DNA of 64,000 nt from Candidatus Latescibacterota bacterium (GTDB lineage: Bacteria > Latescibacterota > UBA2968 > GCA-2709665), in contig OZ241917.1 of NCBI GenBank assembly GCA_965203805.1, forward strand, positions 1,280,001 through 1,344,000, in the 5' to 3' direction. The translations under genes and the position numbers were made by a program. This document shows, in pieces, positions 60,427-64,000 of the stretch. Each line of letters starts with the position of its first letter. Position 1 is the first letter of the stretch. The notes beneath the pieces were generated by a model that was not told where the DNA came from, did not search any database, and saw only the letters and a program-made list of their open reading frames with translations.

Positions 60427-61710
60427 TTAATGTTGATGACCCTTCGACCCGACCGCCCCGTGATGTTCGCCCATGGTGCCCAGCGCCGCCTTGAGATTGC
60501 TCTCCGAGTCGATCAGGAACTGCGATGAAACGACAATCCGCTCGTCTCCCCGCAGCCCTGCGGTCACCTCGTGGACCTCGCCTGTTTCGACACCCAGCGT
60601 CACCTCACGCGGCGCGAATCGACCCTCGCCAAGGTCCAGAATCACCACGTTTCTTTCGCCGGACCGGATCACCGCCTGGGAGGGAACCACCACGGCCTCC
60701 TTCGTAACCTCCGACCGGATCCTTACCGTGGCGAACATCTCCGGCTTCAGGTCCAGTTCGGGGTTGTCGAATACCATCCTGACTTTCGCGGTTCGAGTCT
60801 TCGATTCAAGGAAAGGATAGATGTAGGTCACCACACCATCGAACACCCGCCCTGGCGCGTAGGACAGTTCGACCTCGGCCGCCTGCCCCTCCTTAATCCA
60901 GGGCAACTCGTACTCGTAGATGTCGGCAACTACCCAGACCCGGGAAAGATCGGCGATGCGATAGAGATGCTCTCCGGCCCTGATATACGCCCCGTCGAAT
61001 ACCGCTCGATGCACCACCACGCCCTCCTGGGGGGAGTGTATCGTCATCGTTCGCTTTGTCTGCCGCGTCTTTTCCAGATCGGCGATCTGATCTTCCATTA
61101 TATCCCAGTAGATCAGGCGCTGCCTGGCCGCGCTCAGGAGCGCCTGTGCGCCCTTTAAGGCTTCCGCCGAAGCATTCTGTTCGAGGCGCCGAACGTAGTC
61201 CAGCGCCGTCAGATACTCTTCTTGCGCGGCGACCAGTTCGGGACTGTAGATCTGCAGCAGGGGCTGACCCTTCTTCACCTCCTGCCCGGTGAAGTCGACG
61301 AACAGCCCCTCCACCCATCCGGTCACCTTCGTGTTGACTTCCGTCATCCGGGTCTCGTCGTAATCGACGCGGCCCATCGCACGAACGGTCCGGCTCAACG
61401 CCCGCCGTTCCACACCGGCAGTTCTGACGCCCATATTCTGTACGGTCGTCGGATTGATCCTGACCTCCGAAGCGTCTTCGTCGTGGTCGCCTTCGTGCCC
61501 CGATCGTCCCGGCTGATCCGGCACAAGGTCCATGCCGCAGACGGGACAGCTCGCCGGCCTTTCCGACACGACCGTGGGGTGCATCGGGCACCGGTAGACG
61601 GACGGTCCGGAATCGTGAGACTCCGACGCTTCCTCCCCGCCCAGCCAGACTCCGGCGACAAATCCGACGCCCAGGGCCAGAACAACCACAACAATCGTCT
61701 TTGGATTCAT
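60427..61710 (-). CDS. cusB: CusB-like RND periplasmic adaptor with heavy-metal-binding domain
   Basis: YRCPMHP..CPVCGMDL, YSPELVAAQEEYL, LKPEMFA, SQFLIDSESNL. Confidence 0.92.
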   Translation of the reverse strand: MNPKTIVVVVLALGVGFVAGVWLGGEEASESHDSGPSVYRCPMHPTVVSERPASCPVCGMDLVPDQPGRSGHEGDHDEDASEVRINPTTVQNMGVRTAGVERRALSRTVRAMGRVDYDETRMTEVNTKVTGWVEGLFVDFTGQEVKKGQPLLQIYSPELVAAQEEYLTALDYVRRLEQNASAEALKGAQALLSAARQRLIYWDIMEDQIADLEKTRQTKRTMTIHSPQEGVVVHRAVFDGAYIRAGEHLYRIADLSRVWVVADIYEYELPWIKEGQAAEVELSYAPGRVFDGVVTYIYPFLESKTRTAKVRMVFDNPELDLKPEMFATVRIRSEVTKEAVVVPSQAVIRSGERNVVILDLGEGRFAPREVTLGVETGEVHEVTAGLRGDERIVVSSQFLIDSESNLKAALGTMGEHHGAVGSKGHQH

Positions 61711-61763
61711 AACGCGACCTCTCTCTTCTTCGCCGTGCGCAGGCACGGTCTTCAAACGGCTTT

Positions 61764-62013
61764 TGGTGTCCGGTCCCAAAAATACCTCACCATTCTTCCG
61801 CCTGCCTGCGCAGTGCCCTGCCTGCCTGTGCGTGTACGCACGCAGACAGGCGCTGCAGGCAGGCCGATTCATCCCGTCTCGCAGCGTTGCCTTCGCTGGC
61901 CGACCTGGCCAGGTCGCCTGCGCTCTGGCGCTGGGTCCAGAGCCTGTCGAAGGATGCGAGCCGGGCGACTCGACGGCCGAATTCAGGCGACTTATTTTCG
62001 GGACAGAACACTA
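61764..62013. mobile_element. ~250 bp MITE at the TolC stop codon
   Basis: Imperfect TIRs TGGTGTCCGGTCCCAAAAATA / TATTTTCGGGACAGAACACTA; internal palindromes. Confidence 0.7.
61801..61863. repeat. Nested CCTGCCTG mini-insertions 6 and 7 (33-bp outer, 30-bp inner at 61821-61850)
   Basis: CCTGCCTGCGCAGTGCCCTG[CCTGCCTGTGCGTGTACGCACGCAGACAGG]CGCTGCAGGCAGG. Confidence 0.88.
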
Positions 62014-63273
62014 GAATAGGCGTTTCCCCACGACCGACTCGAGTTCAGCCAGCTTTTTCTCGCGCTGGATCACATGACGGTAGTATTCGATCTCAAAGTC
62101 GAAGAGGGAAACCTGGTTATTCAGCAGGGTCAGAAAATCCACCTTGTCCACCTGGTATGCGGCCATCGCGGATTCCAGCGACTGCTGCGCCTGGGGAACA
62201 ATCGCGGTGCGATACAGTTCCGCCTCCTTCCAGTGCTGCTCGATTTCCAGACAGATGCGCTCCACCAGAAACAGAATCTCCCGGCTTGCGTCCTCTTTGC
62301 GCGCGCGGCCCATTCGAACATGGGCCTGTGCTTCAGCAACCCGGGAATCCCTTTTTCTTCCATTGAAGACGGGAAGGTTCAACCCCACGCCGAACGACAG
62401 AAAGTCGCTGCCCTTTACCGGATCTGAGCCAACTGCGTCGCGTTGCATATATCCGAGGTGAAACGTCAGGTCCGGCCATCCCGATCGCCGTGCAACCTGT
62501 TCGGTCGCCGACCAGCCGGATATTGCCTGCTCGATTTTCTTCAACATCGGGCGGTGCGCAAGTGCCTGCCGCTGTATCTCCTGTACCGAGTGTTCGAACG
62601 GCGTCGGACTCACCTGTCGGGGCGCGATCACGGAAGTCCGCGGAGGCCTGTCGAGCACCCGGTTGAGGCGGGCCAGCGCAAGCAGCCACCCGGATTCCAA
62701 CCTGATGAGGCGGTCTCTCAATGCCGACAGCGACACATGCGCCTTCAGGACGTCCTGCTGCAGCCCGCTGCCCACCTCGTATTTTTTCTGTGCGATCCGG
62801 ATCAGGTCTTCGAGCAGGGTCCGGTTCTTTTCCGTCACCTCGATAGCCCGGTCGTAAAACGCCAGCGCGAAGTATTCCTGCTTCACCCGACTGACGATTG
62901 AGACCTTCCGGTCCAGGAGGGCTTCCCTGGCCGCACCGGCGGCGTATTCCGCGGCCATCTGTTTGGCGCGAAGCACGCCGGGAAGGGGAAATCGCTGGCT
63001 GACGGACAACTGTTTTCCGGACATCGGCGTACTGTCGAAATCCAGACTGCCGGCGGGCACGTTTTTCAGATCCAGGCGCAGCATCGGATCATCCAGAGCG
63101 CCCGCCCGGGGCACCCTGGCCTCGAACGCCGCAAGCCGATGCTCCAGAACCTTCAACCCGGTATTTTTCGCCAGCGCCGTGTCGATCAGCCCCTCCAGGT
63201 CGGGCGAACCGGCCCCGGCGATACCGGGACGCAGCGCCAGGCACAGAGCGACGAGAATCAGGAATCCCTTCAA
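62011..63273 (-). CDS. TolC family outer membrane efflux protein
   Basis: Signal peptide, GALDDPML, SQRFPLPG, AYQVDKVDFLTLL; upstream of cusBA. Confidence 0.9.
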   Translation of the reverse strand: MKGFLILVALCLALRPGIAGAGSPDLEGLIDTALAKNTGLKVLEHRLAAFEARVPRAGALDDPMLRLDLKNVPAGSLDFDSTPMSGKQLSVSQRFPLPGVLRAKQMAAEYAAGAAREALLDRKVSIVSRVKQEYFALAFYDRAIEVTEKNRTLLEDLIRIAQKKYEVGSGLQQDVLKAHVSLSALRDRLIRLESGWLLALARLNRVLDRPPRTSVIAPRQVSPTPFEHSVQEIQRQALAHRPMLKKIEQAISGWSATEQVARRSGWPDLTFHLGYMQRDAVGSDPVKGSDFLSFGVGLNLPVFNGRKRDSRVAEAQAHVRMGRARKEDASREILFLVERICLEIEQHWKEAELYRTAIVPQAQQSLESAMAAYQVDKVDFLTLLNNQVSLFDFEIEYYRHVIQREKKLAELESVVGKRLF

Positions 63274-63424
63274 GACGCGTCACCTCCCTGACAGAATTAT
63301 GTGGAAATGCAAATATGGATACCTGAGACGACGCCAAGGGACTCGCCTCAGGCAAATGCCGTGCAGACTGTACGAAACGGGATGAAACCTGAGATGCCGC
63401 GGAGGTCGCGGGCAGGGGGGAAAA

Positions 63425-63787
63425 TCAGATCAGAAACGACGCATTCATCACGTACACAGGGGGCAATGCACGGACGGAAGCCGGGGACGACGCATACCCA
63501 TCGCGGCTGCGTGAAAACAGAATCTCGTGCGAGCCGGTCGATTGAAGTGCGGTATGGACGTCCGCACCCGAAATTCTCGGACTCGCGGCCGCCAGGGCGG
63601 GCGGCAATTGCGCGGGCTCGCTGGTGACGCTGCCGTCGTTCCCGGCGCAGCAGCAGTTCGATTCCGCCGGCTGGACATGGCAGGTCTCAGCCTCAACCGG
63701 CATCACGCACAGACACTGGACGGCGGCAAGAACGAAGCCGACGGCCAGGCAGGAGATGGCGAGGGTACGGATCACGGCTTGCCTCAC
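63425..63787 (-). CDS. Cys/His-rich exported hypothetical protein heading the metal efflux operon
   Basis: CLC...CH...CCC and C-terminal PPVYVMNASFLI. Confidence 0.65.
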   Translation of the reverse strand: MRQAVIRTLAISCLAVGFVLAAVQCLCVMPVEAETCHVQPAESNCCCAGNDGSVTSEPAQLPPALAAASPRISGADVHTALQSTGSHEILFSRSRDGYASSPASVRALPPVYVMNASFLI

Positions 63788-63808
63788 ATAAGGGCTTGTT
63801 GTCTCGGA

Positions 63809-63837
63809 ACTATCGTTATTACATATACGTTTGTCAA
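63809..63837 (-). promoter_or_regulatory. Sigma70-type promoter of metal efflux operon
   Basis: TTGACA-17-GATAGT in an AT-rich patch. Confidence 0.55.
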
Positions 63838-64000
63838 GTCCGGTTGTTCAATAAAAGTGAATTTCGAAATTGTGCGCCGGACCGGCGAACACCGTTTCCG
63901 GCCCGCCAGGCGCACACATTACCGCCGATTCCTGGTCGTGGCGGAACCCGCGCTACCCGCGACCGGCGCCGCGTCGGACGACCACCGGGATGAGGATCAC

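Noticed and set aside
59606-60528. Long plus-strand ORFs over the intron
   Set aside because: Antisense to group II intron RNA; no RT motifs; typical shadow ORFs
61711-61872. N-terminal extension of CusB in the ORF track (MNRPACSACLRAYTHRQAG...)
   Set aside because: Translation of MITE and hairpin DNA; RBS-preceded ATG at 61710 is the likely start
63322-63352. CCTGAG...CTCAGG hairpin (and CCTGATCG...CGATCAGG at ~21239-21261)
   Set aside because: Only the terminal CCTG/CAGG match the family and no empty site can be inferred
1-64000. CRISPR array, tRNA, rRNA, integrase or attC-type integron
   Set aside because: No regularly spaced repeats, RNA gene signatures or recombinase ORF seen by eye

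Overview
This is a GC-rich bacterial chromosomal window in three parts. (1) 1-16.4 kb: catabolic and accessory genes, including a heparinase II/III-like lyase, AAA/DUF4143 ATPase, Gfo/Idh/MocA, PhyH, a phosphoesterase-ankyrin fusion, a Doc TA pair and rhaA. (2) ~16.4-35.3 kb: an integrase-free defence island in which a type I R-M system (hsdM-hsdS-hsdR, minus strand) is interleaved with four TIR-domain genes, a RipA-like membrane protein, many TA genes and relics, an IS5 and a DUF6978/DUF1828 pair. HsdM is fused to a PIN domain, and three cargo blocks are each followed by a duplicated 3' end of the gene that precedes them. (3) 35.3-64 kb: housekeeping and metabolic genes (aroQ, manC, accD, LysR, ferritin) and a CusCBA-type metal efflux operon whose junctions carry MITEs and an ORF-less group II intron. 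The most unusual signal is a family of seven 19-36 bp hairpin insertions with CCTGCCTG...CAG(G/A)CAGG ends. All seven lie inside other mobile elements (3 in the IS5 transposase, 2 in the intron, 2 nested in a MITE) and show no target duplication where the empty site can be reconstructed. Removing the three in IS5 restores an intact transposase. Family assignments come from motif recognition by eye, not database searches.
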